Shown piece after piece: positions 31,551 through 40,978 of a stretch of 64,000 bases of DNA (position 1 is its first letter; each line of letters starts with the position of its first letter). Origin of the DNA: a bacterium. GTDB taxonomy: Bacteria > Zhuqueibacterota > Zhuqueibacteria > Residuimicrobiales > Krinioviventaceae. The position numbers and the translations under genes were made by a program. The notes beneath the pieces were generated by a model that saw only the letters and a program-made list of their open reading frames with translations, was not told the origin of the DNA and did no database searches. The stretch is taken from assembly GCA_963674595.2 (NCBI GenBank), contig CAXXFV010000007.1:63280-127279 (forward strand), read 5' to 3'.

Positions 31551-31835
31551 ATGTCTCAGGAATTACTAACAGGAATAACAATTTTTATCCTTTCTATCTT
31601 TGTCGGATTTGAGGTGATAACCAAAGTACCTCCGACACTGCATACCCCGCTCATGTCCGGGGCTAATGCTATTTCAGGAATAGCCGTAATCGGGGCCATT
31701 TTGGTTTCCGGGAGAACAGGCACCAATCTTGAAATAATATTCGGTTTTATTGCCATTGTATTTGCCACCATAAATGTTGTCGGCGGATTTTTAGTAACAG
31801 ATCGAATGCTTCAAATGTTTAAAAAGAAAAAGTGA
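31551..31835 (+). CDS. pntAB: NAD(P) transhydrogenase subunit alpha part 2
   Basis: LHTPLMSGANAISG and NVVGGFLVTDRMLQMF. Confidence 0.97.
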   Translation: MSQELLTGITIFILSIFVGFEVITKVPPTLHTPLMSGANAISGIAVIGAILVSGRTGTNLEIIFGFIAIVFATINVVGGFLVTDRMLQMFKKKK

Positions 31836-33244
31836 GATACATTATGGAAGCCTTGAGGACATTAATTACGTTATCCTATTTGCTAGCCGCATCATGTTTC
31901 ATTCTCGGATTAAAGTTAATGAGTTCGCCGGTTTCTGCCCGCCGCGGGAATATGATTGCAGCGATAGGTATGTTAATAGCTGTTTTGGTTACATTGCTGG
32001 ACAGGCAGGTACTCAGTTTTACCTGGATATTTATCGGTATTTTAGCCGGAAGCTTAATCGGCGTTCTATCGGCACGCCTGGTAAAAATGACGGCCATGCC
32101 GCAGATGGTGGGTATTTTTAACGGATTCGGTGGCGGCGCATCTGCCCTGGTAGCTATGGCGGAATTTATGCGTTTCAGCTCAAATCCTGGAACGGTTATG
32201 CCGATGGATACATCAATAACCATTATTTTAAGTATTATTATCGGTAGTGTTACATTTACCGGAAGTTTAATCGCTTTTGCGAAACTTGAGGGAATTATCC
32301 ATGGTGCCCCTGTAACGTTTCCCTTTCATAAAGTTTTCAGCGGTCTAGTTTTATTGTTATCCGTTATATTAGGTGCATATATCGTGGAGTGGGGTGCGGA
32401 TCCGCTTGTTTTTTATCTTATCCTGGGTTTAGCTTTGTTATATGGCATTTTGTTTGTACTGCCTATCGGCGGTGCTGATATGCCGGTGGTCATATCGTTG
32501 TTAAATTCTTTTTCCGGTTTGGCTGCCTGTACGGCCGGTTTTGTTGTGCAAAACAATATTTTGATTATTGCCGGTTCGCTTGTAGGGGCGGCAGGTTTGA
32601 TTTTGACCCAGATCATGTGCAAAGCTATGAATCGATCTCTGATCAATGTATTGTTTAGTGCTTTTGGAACCGGTGACATGGCGGCAGGCAGTGCGACGGC
32701 ATCCGGTGAAAAATCAGTCCATACCGTTGAAGGTGAAGAAGCCGCTATGGTATTGGGCTATGCCAAATCTGTTGTTATCGTACCCGGCTATGGAATGGCT
32801 GCTGCTCAGGCGCAGCACACTGTTCGTGAGTTTTCCGAGTTACTGATTCAGCGAGGCATTCAAATGCGCTTTGCCATTCACCCTGTTGCCGGACGTATGC
32901 CGGGTCACATGAATGTTTTGCTGGCCGAAGCAAATGTTCCCTATGATTTGTTATATGATATGGATGATATTAATCCTGAATTTTCCCACACCGATGTGGT
33001 TTTAATTATTGGCGCCAATGATGTTGTGAATCCGGCGGCCAGAACAGACACAGCCTCACCGATTTATGGAATGCCCATACTTGATGTTGATAATGCACAG
33101 CATATTATTATTATCAAACGCAGCCTTAATCCGGGATTTGCAGGAATTGATAATGAATTGTTTTACAATCCCAAAACGCTTATGTATTTTGGCGGTGCAA
33201 AGGAAAAAGTTCAGGAATTGGTTACTGAGGTGAAAAAAATGTAA
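31832..33244 (+). CDS. pntB: NAD(P) transhydrogenase subunit beta
   Basis: GGADMPVVISLLNS, HPVAGRMPGHMNVLLAEA and GANDVVNPAA. Confidence 0.98.
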   Translation: MRYIMEALRTLITLSYLLAASCFILGLKLMSSPVSARRGNMIAAIGMLIAVLVTLLDRQVLSFTWIFIGILAGSLIGVLSARLVKMTAMPQMVGIFNGFGGGASALVAMAEFMRFSSNPGTVMPMDTSITIILSIIIGSVTFTGSLIAFAKLEGIIHGAPVTFPFHKVFSGLVLLLSVILGAYIVEWGADPLVFYLILGLALLYGILFVLPIGGADMPVVISLLNSFSGLAACTAGFVVQNNILIIAGSLVGAAGLILTQIMCKAMNRSLINVLFSAFGTGDMAAGSATASGEKSVHTVEGEEAAMVLGYAKSVVIVPGYGMAAAQAQHTVREFSELLIQRGIQMRFAIHPVAGRMPGHMNVLLAEANVPYDLLYDMDDINPEFSHTDVVLIIGANDVVNPAARTDTASPIYGMPILDVDNAQHIIIIKRSLNPGFAGIDNELFYNPKTLMYFGGAKEKVQELVTEVKKM

Positions 33245-33389
33245 TTTTTTTCTTGGAAAATTTTAATGATGTTGTAAATTAAGGTTGATTTGTAATTTGT
33301 AGTATTTGCGTTTTTCATTTTAGTTGTTGAAAAACGCTTTTTTTTGTTATATTTAAAAAACCGGATATTAATTTTATTCAAGTTTAAAT

Positions 33390-34508
33390 ATGAAATCAAT
33401 TCTTTTTTCTGCCCTCTTTTTCAGTACCTGTTTTTTATTTTGCTCTTCGCTTGAAATGACGCAGATTAAAGTCTGTATTGAACAGAATGATATGCCCCAG
33501 GCAGAAAAGTTGTTAACGGCTCAACTGAAAAAAAATCCTGCTGATGCTCAAGCCTGTTTCCTTTTAGGAAAAATCTATGCCGACATACAAAAATGGAGTT
33601 TGATGGACTCGTTATTTATTAAGGCAGTCTCGCTGAAAGGAACATATTATAATAAAGTTGAATCCATCCGAAATGAAAAATATAAATCACAGTTTAACGC
33701 CGGAATTTATAATTTAAACACAAATAATTTTGCTAAAGCTGATTCTCTGTTTAGAAATGCCATCATTATTCAATCCAAAAGAATGGAAGCTTTTCGTGAT
33801 TTGGCAATTATTTACTCGAAAACAAACAAGCCGGATATGGCAAGAAAAATACTGGAACAAGCCATTTTAATTGATAAAAATAATTGCAATATTATTAATG
33901 ATTTAGTGTGTATTTACTATGAGCAGGAGGATTATCTTTCTATTATAAAATTAAATGAATTTTTTCCTTTTTTACCGCCTCTTAACACTCCATCACTGAT
34001 GTATGTGGCAGTTTCCTATGAAAAATTTGGAGACAATAAAAAAGCGATAAATTTATGTATAAAAGCTTTGAGGAAAAAACCGGACAATGTTAAAATATTA
34101 TTTTACCTGGGTTATTTATATCATTTGGAAAATAATAATGAATATGCGATACAACAATATTTGAAAATCCTCGAACAGAACCCGAATAGATTGGATGTTT
34201 TATTAAATATTGCTGAAGCCTTTTTTGCCCTTGGCGATCAAGTGCTTGTTGATTTGCATAATGAAAAAAGCCAAGACAGCAAATATGATGAAAAAGGATA
34301 TATACAATACTTTGAACAGGCTGTTTATTATTATAAAAAAGCTATTTGTATTGAAAATTGTAATCTTGAATTATGGCTTAAATTGTCTGATTCATATAGG
34401 AAAAGTGGAAACCTGATCCTCGCCGAACAATGTAAAAATATAACAAAAGATATTTCTTCAAGTAAAATAAATAGTGCTGTCGAATTTCTTAGAAAAGCTT
34501 GCTTTTAG
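33390..34508 (+). CDS. Tetratricopeptide repeat (lipo)protein
   Basis: TPR patterns; N-terminus similar to the next gene. Confidence 0.8.
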   Translation: MKSILFSALFFSTCFLFCSSLEMTQIKVCIEQNDMPQAEKLLTAQLKKNPADAQACFLLGKIYADIQKWSLMDSLFIKAVSLKGTYYNKVESIRNEKYKSQFNAGIYNLNTNNFAKADSLFRNAIIIQSKRMEAFRDLAIIYSKTNKPDMARKILEQAILIDKNNCNIINDLVCIYYEQEDYLSIIKLNEFFPFLPPLNTPSLMYVAVSYEKFGDNKKAINLCIKALRKKPDNVKILFYLGYLYHLENNNEYAIQQYLKILEQNPNRLDVLLNIAEAFFALGDQVLVDLHNEKSQDSKYDEKGYIQYFEQAVYYYKKAICIENCNLELWLKLSDSYRKSGNLILAEQCKNITKDISSSKINSAVEFLRKACF

Positions 34509-34612
34509 CAAAATAACAGTGCCATATTTGAGGAAAAAAAACTTGATTAAATTTAATATATAGCGTATATTGGCCGATATTTAAAGATACAAAATTATCA
34601 AAGGAGTTAAGA

Positions 34613-35755
34613 ATGAAAATACGAATTGTAATGTTGACTATTTTGTCACTGGCGCTCGCAGGAATATTGCTTACATCTTGTCAGAGTACCTATGTTACTT
34701 CAGCCAAGGTTTATATTCAACAAGATAACTGGGATAAAGCAATTGAGCAGTTGGAACTTGCAGTTCAATACACCCCGGACAATGCAGAGGCACACTATTT
34801 GTTAGGAAGCGCCTATGCTCAAAAAAACCTATGGGAAAAAATGAATGTTGAATTTGACAAATCTCTGCAGCTTAGTCCACTCTATAAAACTGAAATCACC
34901 AATACTCGTTTAAAACACTATAATACAAATTTTAATTCCGGTATTAACAGAATAAATGGTGGAGATGTTGATGGAGCGATCAAACAATTTAAAATTTGTC
35001 ACGAGATCGATCCTGAACAGGAAGGCGCTTTAAAAAATCTGGCTTATTGTTATGATAAAAATAACGACCTGGAAGGTGCTGTGGAAGTTTATAAAAGCCT
35101 GGTAGAAATTGCTGAAAATAAAATTGAAGTTTATCAGTCAATAACTGGCATTTTGTTTAAATTGAAAAAATACGATCAAGTTATTGAAATGGAAAAGAAA
35201 GCCTTAGAGATTGATCCTGGTAATTCAGACGCTATTGCTAACATAGCTATGGCATATGACTTTTTGGGAGATAAAGATCAGGCTAGAGCAGAATATGAAA
35301 AAGCATTGGCTAATAATCCGAATGACAAAGATTTATTGTACAATCTGGGCCGTCTGCAATATATGAATAAAGATTATGACGCAGCAATTGCTAATTTTCA
35401 AAAAGTGATTGAAATGGATCCGAATGATTTTGACTCAAATCTTAATGTCGGTAATGCTTACCTCAGCATGGGTGATACATATCGTAAAACACTTGTTGAT
35501 AAAGAAAATGATAATCAGACAGTAGAACCTGAAGAACGGGATAAGTTAAAAGATTTTTATCGTCAATCTCTACCTTATTTATTAAAAGCATTGTGTTTAC
35601 AAAGTGAAGATGCCAATCTGTGGAACAATATTGCGGTAGCATACGTTAACTCTGGTGATGCCGATAAAGGCAAAGCATGTTTTGCAGTTGCCGATGCTAT
35701 GAAAACCGGAAGTGATACAGAAGCAAAAGAATTCCTAAGTGCAAATTGCGAGTAA
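34613..35755 (+). CDS. Tetratricopeptide repeat lipoprotein
   Basis: LLTSC lipobox; multiple TPRs (PDNAEAHYLLG, PNDKDLLYNLG). Confidence 0.9.
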   Translation: MKIRIVMLTILSLALAGILLTSCQSTYVTSAKVYIQQDNWDKAIEQLELAVQYTPDNAEAHYLLGSAYAQKNLWEKMNVEFDKSLQLSPLYKTEITNTRLKHYNTNFNSGINRINGGDVDGAIKQFKICHEIDPEQEGALKNLAYCYDKNNDLEGAVEVYKSLVEIAENKIEVYQSITGILFKLKKYDQVIEMEKKALEIDPGNSDAIANIAMAYDFLGDKDQARAEYEKALANNPNDKDLLYNLGRLQYMNKDYDAAIANFQKVIEMDPNDFDSNLNVGNAYLSMGDTYRKTLVDKENDNQTVEPEERDKLKDFYRQSLPYLLKALCLQSEDANLWNNIAVAYVNSGDADKGKACFAVADAMKTGSDTEAKEFLSANCE

Positions 35756-35777
35756 ATAAAATAAATTTTACTTTTTT

Positions 35778-35803
35778 GCCCCGTTTTAACGGGGCTTTTT
35801 TTT
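35778..35803 (+). terminator. Rho-independent terminator
   Basis: GCCCCGTT-TT-AACGGGGC followed by T8. Confidence 0.88.
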
Positions 35804-35880
35804 GTATTGACATTTTTCTTGATTTTATAGAAATTTTCGCCTACTTTAAAATCAAACTATTGATGAGGTGAACACTAACA

Positions 35881-36636
35881 GTGATTGATGAAAAACGCTT
35901 AAATATATTAAAAAAGGCTGGTAACGTACCGCGTCATGTTGCAATTATAATGGATGGCAACGGACGATGGGCCAAAGCACGCGGTTTGGAACGAGTTGAA
36001 GGTCATAAAGCTGGCATCCCTTCCGTGCGTGCCGCCGTTGAAGCGGCCGGGGCATTGGGTATAAAAGCAATTACTCTATATACTTTTTCTTCTGAAAATT
36101 GGGCCCGTCCGAAAAAAGAAGTATCTGCTTTAATGTCTCTGTTGCTTACAACTATAAAAAATGAAGTTGATCAGTTAGACGAGAAAAATGTAAAACTTAC
36201 CGTTATTGGCGATTTAGATTCATTACCAATCGGTCCACGAATTGGTGTAAAAAATACAATTTCCCGACTTGGAAAAAATACAGGCCTGATTGTTAATCTT
36301 GCACTGAGTTATAGTTCTCGCCTGGAAATTGTAAACGCTGTTCAGGCAATTGCCGCCAAAGTTAAAAAGGGAAAAATTGACCCTAAAAAAATTGATGAGG
36401 CAACTATCAGCCAACACCTGCAAACAGCAGAAATAGGAGATCCTGATTTACTCATTCGAACAAGTGGTGAAATGAGAATCAGTAATTTTTTGTTGTGGCA
36501 AATTGCTTATACCGAAATATACATTACAGATAAATTATGGCCGGAATTTCGTGAAAATGATTTTTTTGATGCAATTGAAATATATCAAAATCGTGAGCGA
36601 CGTTTTGGTAAGGTAAGTGAACAATTATCCCTGTAA
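35881..36636 (+). CDS. uppS: Isoprenyl transferase (undecaprenyl diphosphate synthase)
   Basis: HVAIIMDGNGRWA, FSSENW and IRTSGEMRISNFLLWQ. Confidence 0.98.
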   Translation: MIDEKRLNILKKAGNVPRHVAIIMDGNGRWAKARGLERVEGHKAGIPSVRAAVEAAGALGIKAITLYTFSSENWARPKKEVSALMSLLLTTIKNEVDQLDEKNVKLTVIGDLDSLPIGPRIGVKNTISRLGKNTGLIVNLALSYSSRLEIVNAVQAIAAKVKKGKIDPKKIDEATISQHLQTAEIGDPDLLIRTSGEMRISNFLLWQIAYTEIYITDKLWPEFRENDFFDAIEIYQNRERRFGKVSEQLSL

Positions 36637-36698
36637 TGAATTTTATAAAATAAATTTTTTTAAAATGGAACCCCGGACAGGGTTTCGACATTATAATG

Positions 36699-36721
36699 AG
36701 GCGGAAATATACCGCCTTTTT
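36699..36721 (+). terminator. Terminator-like hairpin after uppS
   Basis: AGGCGG-AAATATA-CCGCCT followed by a T-run. Confidence 0.55.
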
Positions 36722-36759
36722 GTTGTTTTAGCAGTACCTATAGACGAGAAAGAACGCAA

Positions 36760-39700
36760 TTGAAACAAAGAAATTGGGTTATTTATTTATCTTTATTCTT
36801 TATTATTTCATTTACATTATTATATAATGGCTGGAAGATTATTAATGTTAATGAACGGTTAAAATCTTTTGTATTAAAGGAACTCACACCGATTATTGGA
36901 GAGGGTTTTACTGTCGATAAAATTCGAATCGGTATAGGTAATATCCACTTCAAGGGTGTACATCTGCCCTTAAAAAATGACAGAGGAAAAATATTTGTTA
37001 AAGATCTGAGGATAGGTTATAATCCATTTCGTTTTCTGGTCAGTGGCATCAATCCACAGGCTCTCTCTCAGGATGTTTTGTTTATAAATCCTGAAATATA
37101 TTTAAAATCCGATTTTTTCTCTAGTAACAATCAGAACAAACCTGATTCTTTAAATGCTAATGCGCCGTTAAATATTGAATATTTTTCCAAGATTAGCCGT
37201 GTTTCCATACAGGAAGGAAAACTAATCTATATTGACAGGGACAATAATGAAATTCCGGTTGCTCATACAGTCAACGGTTGGTTTTTTTCCAATTTTGCAG
37301 ATTCTGCAAAAATCCGGCTTGCTGGTCATTTATTTCAATCTGACCAGGAAAATCTCGTTATCAATGCCCGTTTAAATTTGAAAACGGCAACGCCCAGTTT
37401 TTTTCAGGCTGATTTATCCAAATATAAATTATCCGAAGCTAACACTCCTTTTATTCCAAAAGAGTTGCACGTTTTGAATGGTTCGTTAAGTGGACAGCTA
37501 ACCATGCGAACAAAACAAAATAAAACGCTTTTAGAAAATCTCTTGGGCTCCTTTACTGTACATGATTGTGATCTAAGTGCGTTTAACGATAGCCTTGCCG
37601 TTAACATCGACAAACTGGTTGCCAATATTAAAGGTACGGATGTTTTAATTTCTCCCACTGAACTCGTTGTTAATGAACAGAAAGTTAATGTATCCGGTAG
37701 AATACGCAATATTTCCGAGCCAAAATATGATATTGGTTTTCATTCAGATGAAATATCCTTGCAGAATATATCCGGGCTTTTACAGAAAAAAGTCGATTTA
37801 ACAGGAAAGGTTCGACTTGATGCAAAGGTTCAGGGCACAAATAAAGATATTAAAATCACAACATCAGTATTTTCCGATTCTTTTCAATTTAATAATATCA
37901 AATTCCATAGTTTAAAACTGAACGCCAGTTTGGATAAAAAAGCCATTCGAATTAAAAAATGCACGGCCGGATATTTGAACGGAGAGTTACAGTATACCGG
38001 CACCATTTCCCGCGGAAGGAATCAGTGGCAAAACAATGGAACTTTACTTTATGACATTGATTTGTTGACTCCTTTTCAAAATTTTGCCAGTGACAGTATG
38101 AAATATTTTACAGCAACGGCAAAAGCTCAAGTTTCCGGACAACTGACAAACCCCACAGTTTTTGGGAACTGTTTGCTTCGTTTTAGTTCGGGAAAAACGA
38201 TTTATACTCTTTCTCCGGCTTTTTCTCTTCATGATAAAGTATTTCAATTATTTACACCCGACGGGAATAGCGGTCCCCTTATTAGTGGCGCCATAAATCT
38301 GGCCGATCAGTCTGAATTTGAATTGAATATTTATCAGCTCAAGGATGAAATCAATACATTGTTTGATTTTCCTTTTGAAGATTATGTTAGGGATAATTTT
38401 TCTGTTACCATACATGTATCCGGAAATATTAAAGAATTTACGGCAAATTTACTTGTTCGCAAGCTTGAAGGCGGTTTTTATGAATCTGATCTGTTTCGTT
38501 TTGAAGCTTCGGTGAATCACCGGGTTTCTGACACCCGGGGTATTGGACGAATCTTTTGTTTTCCCGAAACACCGAATGAGATAAACGGCCGTATCTTTGT
38601 TATTAATAAGCCAACTGTTCTGGATATTCAGGAATTGACATTGGGAGATCACCTGGAGGCATCAGCTCGTTTTATAAAAGGAGAGCGGGGAGAACGACAG
38701 ATGCAGGGATATGCAAAAATTTTAAATGCTTCACTTCAAGATTATTTTGCAGCTATGGATACTCTGCTTCAGGGTGATGTGAATATGGATGTTCAAATTT
38801 CCGGCACAACACACTTTCCGGATATTCAAGGCTCGCTATCTATTGATAATTTTATTTATGGTAATGTCGGCCCTTATTTAAGCGAAATGTCATTTCAATA
38901 TAATAGAGATGATTTTTCTTTGGACAAGTTTACCTTTAGTACTGACAGTTCGACAATTTTGTATGCTCAGGGGAATTATTATTTCCAATCTGACAGCATA
39001 AAGTGTTCGTTAAAAGGCGCCGGATTTGATGCAGGTTCCTTTGCTCAACTTGTTGATTCATCAGGGCCGATTTTTGACGGAAGAACGTTGGTTGACATAA
39101 ATATTGAAGGTTTGGTGTCACAACCCAATGTTACCGGTCTTATTGCAGTAAAGAACGGACATATTTATAATGTTCCTTTTGATGAAATTGAGTTAAATAT
39201 AGGATCAAATCGTGGCAGCCCCGCTGAAAAAATACTTTCGCAGGGAGTTGTAATTCAAAAAATGCGACTTTTAAGGCATGACAAGTATGAAATTTCAGGA
39301 AATGGCTTTTATCCTTATTCCAGAGATGACAGTTTAAATATATCATTAACAGGTGACGGAAATTTTTTACAAATATTATCTGATCTGGTCCCTTATTTTG
39401 AAAATCCGGAATGTGAAGGTTATCTTTATATAAATATTACCGGAAGTCCTGAATCTCCTATATTACATGATGTGAAATTAGGATTTGAAAACGGCGAGAT
39501 TGAATTTGATAGTATTATTCCCGCCGCTTCTGATGTTAAAGCAGAACTTGAGTTTCAACCGGATGAACAATTTTTGCATCTAAAATATCTTTCCGGGAAA
39601 ATGGGAGGCAAGGATTTTAATATATATAATCAATTGGCCTATTCCGGTCTTTCAAGCAAAGCTATCGATAACATTGTTTTGGGTGGTTCCGGCTTTAATT

Positions 39701-40890
39701 TAGGTGTTTTTACCCTTGAAACACCCCAAAAAGGTGTTCCCCTTAATATCCGTGGATTGATGGAGGATAAAGTTTTTGGAACGCTGGAAGCTTTGGGAAG
39801 AAATGTGGATGAAAAATTTTATTTTGCTTTTTATAATGGTTATCCGACATTAAGAGGTACCATAAACTTGTATGATTGTGAAATCATGTTTCCTTTTGAT
39901 GAATCAGCGGGTGAACCTTCGACGATCATTATGGATTTTTTATTTAATACCGAGTGGGACATTTTTGCTTATGCCCAAAAAGACGTACGTTTTGTCCGTT
40001 CTTTCCCCGGAGCAATTGATAAGGCCTATGTCAATTTATTGGTTGATGAAAAATACGGCGGACTGGAATTTACCGGACGAATTGAAGATGAGTCCTTTCG
40101 AATTAACGGCGAGGCAAGGGCAACGTCGGGATTGATTGAATATTTGGATATGACCTTTCGATTGGACCGTGCCGGTGTAGAGTTTGATCGCAGCACATTA
40201 ATTCCGGTTATGTATGGTAAAGCGCATACAACAATTACAGATTCAACAGGTTTTTCCTCACAGGTTTTTTTAACGCTGCAAACTGTTGATAATACAGTAG
40301 ATTACTCTTCGCTTGACGAAATTGATAAACAAGAGCAGCAAAAAGGACGATGGGATGAAGTTCGTTTTAAACTGACTTCCGATAACCCTAACTTTGGCAC
40401 TTCGGAAGCTCAAATACTTGCCTCTTTGGGTTATTCCGTAGAAAATCTAGAAAGCACAGCTATTGATGCCGTCGGCTTTAGTACTGAAAATTTCTTGTTC
40501 CGGCCGCTTTTTCGGCCTATGGAACGCAAACTGGAACAACTATTTGGGATCGATTATATCCGATTCAGTTCCCGTTTTACCAAAAACTTTATAAATTTTA
40601 ACTTGTATGAAAACCGTGATTTAAATATGCGGTTGGCATTACTGCGCAGTACAAAATTAATTTTGGGAAAATATCTAACAGACCATCTGTTTTTTCAATA
40701 CACAGGTCAGGTCGAATCAAATATGGGCTATAGATATGGACAAAGGGACGTCGGCTTGCACCATACTCTTGGCCTGGAATATCGTATAAATCCGCAAATT
40801 CTTTTGGAACTTGAGTATGACTATGATAGTTTGATGTTGTACAACCGTGATGACAAACGAATTGTGCTCAGACATTGGTTTCCGTTTTAG
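36760..40890 (+). CDS. AsmA/TamB-like translocation and assembly protein
   Basis: N-terminal TM anchor, long beta-rich repeats, C-terminal GKYLTDHLFFQY...GLEYRIN, directly upstream of bamA. Confidence 0.72.
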   Translation: MKQRNWVIYLSLFFIISFTLLYNGWKIINVNERLKSFVLKELTPIIGEGFTVDKIRIGIGNIHFKGVHLPLKNDRGKIFVKDLRIGYNPFRFLVSGINPQALSQDVLFINPEIYLKSDFFSSNNQNKPDSLNANAPLNIEYFSKISRVSIQEGKLIYIDRDNNEIPVAHTVNGWFFSNFADSAKIRLAGHLFQSDQENLVINARLNLKTATPSFFQADLSKYKLSEANTPFIPKELHVLNGSLSGQLTMRTKQNKTLLENLLGSFTVHDCDLSAFNDSLAVNIDKLVANIKGTDVLISPTELVVNEQKVNVSGRIRNISEPKYDIGFHSDEISLQNISGLLQKKVDLTGKVRLDAKVQGTNKDIKITTSVFSDSFQFNNIKFHSLKLNASLDKKAIRIKKCTAGYLNGELQYTGTISRGRNQWQNNGTLLYDIDLLTPFQNFASDSMKYFTATAKAQVSGQLTNPTVFGNCLLRFSSGKTIYTLSPAFSLHDKVFQLFTPDGNSGPLISGAINLADQSEFELNIYQLKDEINTLFDFPFEDYVRDNFSVTIHVSGNIKEFTANLLVRKLEGGFYESDLFRFEASVNHRVSDTRGIGRIFCFPETPNEINGRIFVINKPTVLDIQELTLGDHLEASARFIKGERGERQMQGYAKILNASLQDYFAAMDTLLQGDVNMDVQISGTTHFPDIQGSLSIDNFIYGNVGPYLSEMSFQYNRDDFSLDKFTFSTDSSTILYAQGNYYFQSDSIKCSLKGAGFDAGSFAQLVDSSGPIFDGRTLVDINIEGLVSQPNVTGLIAVKNGHIYNVPFDEIELNIGSNRGSPAEKILSQGVVIQKMRLLRHDKYEISGNGFYPYSRDDSLNISLTGDGNFLQILSDLVPYFENPECEGYLYINITGSPESPILHDVKLGFENGEIEFDSIIPAASDVKAELEFQPDEQFLHLKYLSGKMGGKDFNIYNQLAYSGLSSKAIDNIVLGGSGFNLGVFTLETPQKGVPLNIRGLMEDKVFGTLEALGRNVDEKFYFAFYNGYPTLRGTINLYDCEIMFPFDESAGEPSTIIMDFLFNTEWDIFAYAQKDVRFVRSFPGAIDKAYVNLLVDEKYGGLEFTGRIEDESFRINGEARATSGLIEYLDMTFRLDRAGVEFDRSTLIPVMYGKAHTTITDSTGFSSQVFLTLQTVDNTVDYSSLDEIDKQEQQKGRWDEVRFKLTSDNPNFGTSEAQILASLGYSVENLESTAIDAVGFSTENFLFRPLFRPMERKLEQLFGIDYIRFSSRFTKNFINFNLYENRDLNMRLALLRSTKLILGKYLTDHLFFQYTGQVESNMGYRYGQRDVGLHHTLGLEYRINPQILLELEYDYDSLMLYNRDDKRIVLRHWFPF

Positions 40891-40978
40891 ATATTGTTGA
40901 TACTCTTAATATTTTCCTTTACAAAAAGTATAGAATTTTTTAAATTTAGAGATTGATTGAAAACAAAGGAATAACTAC

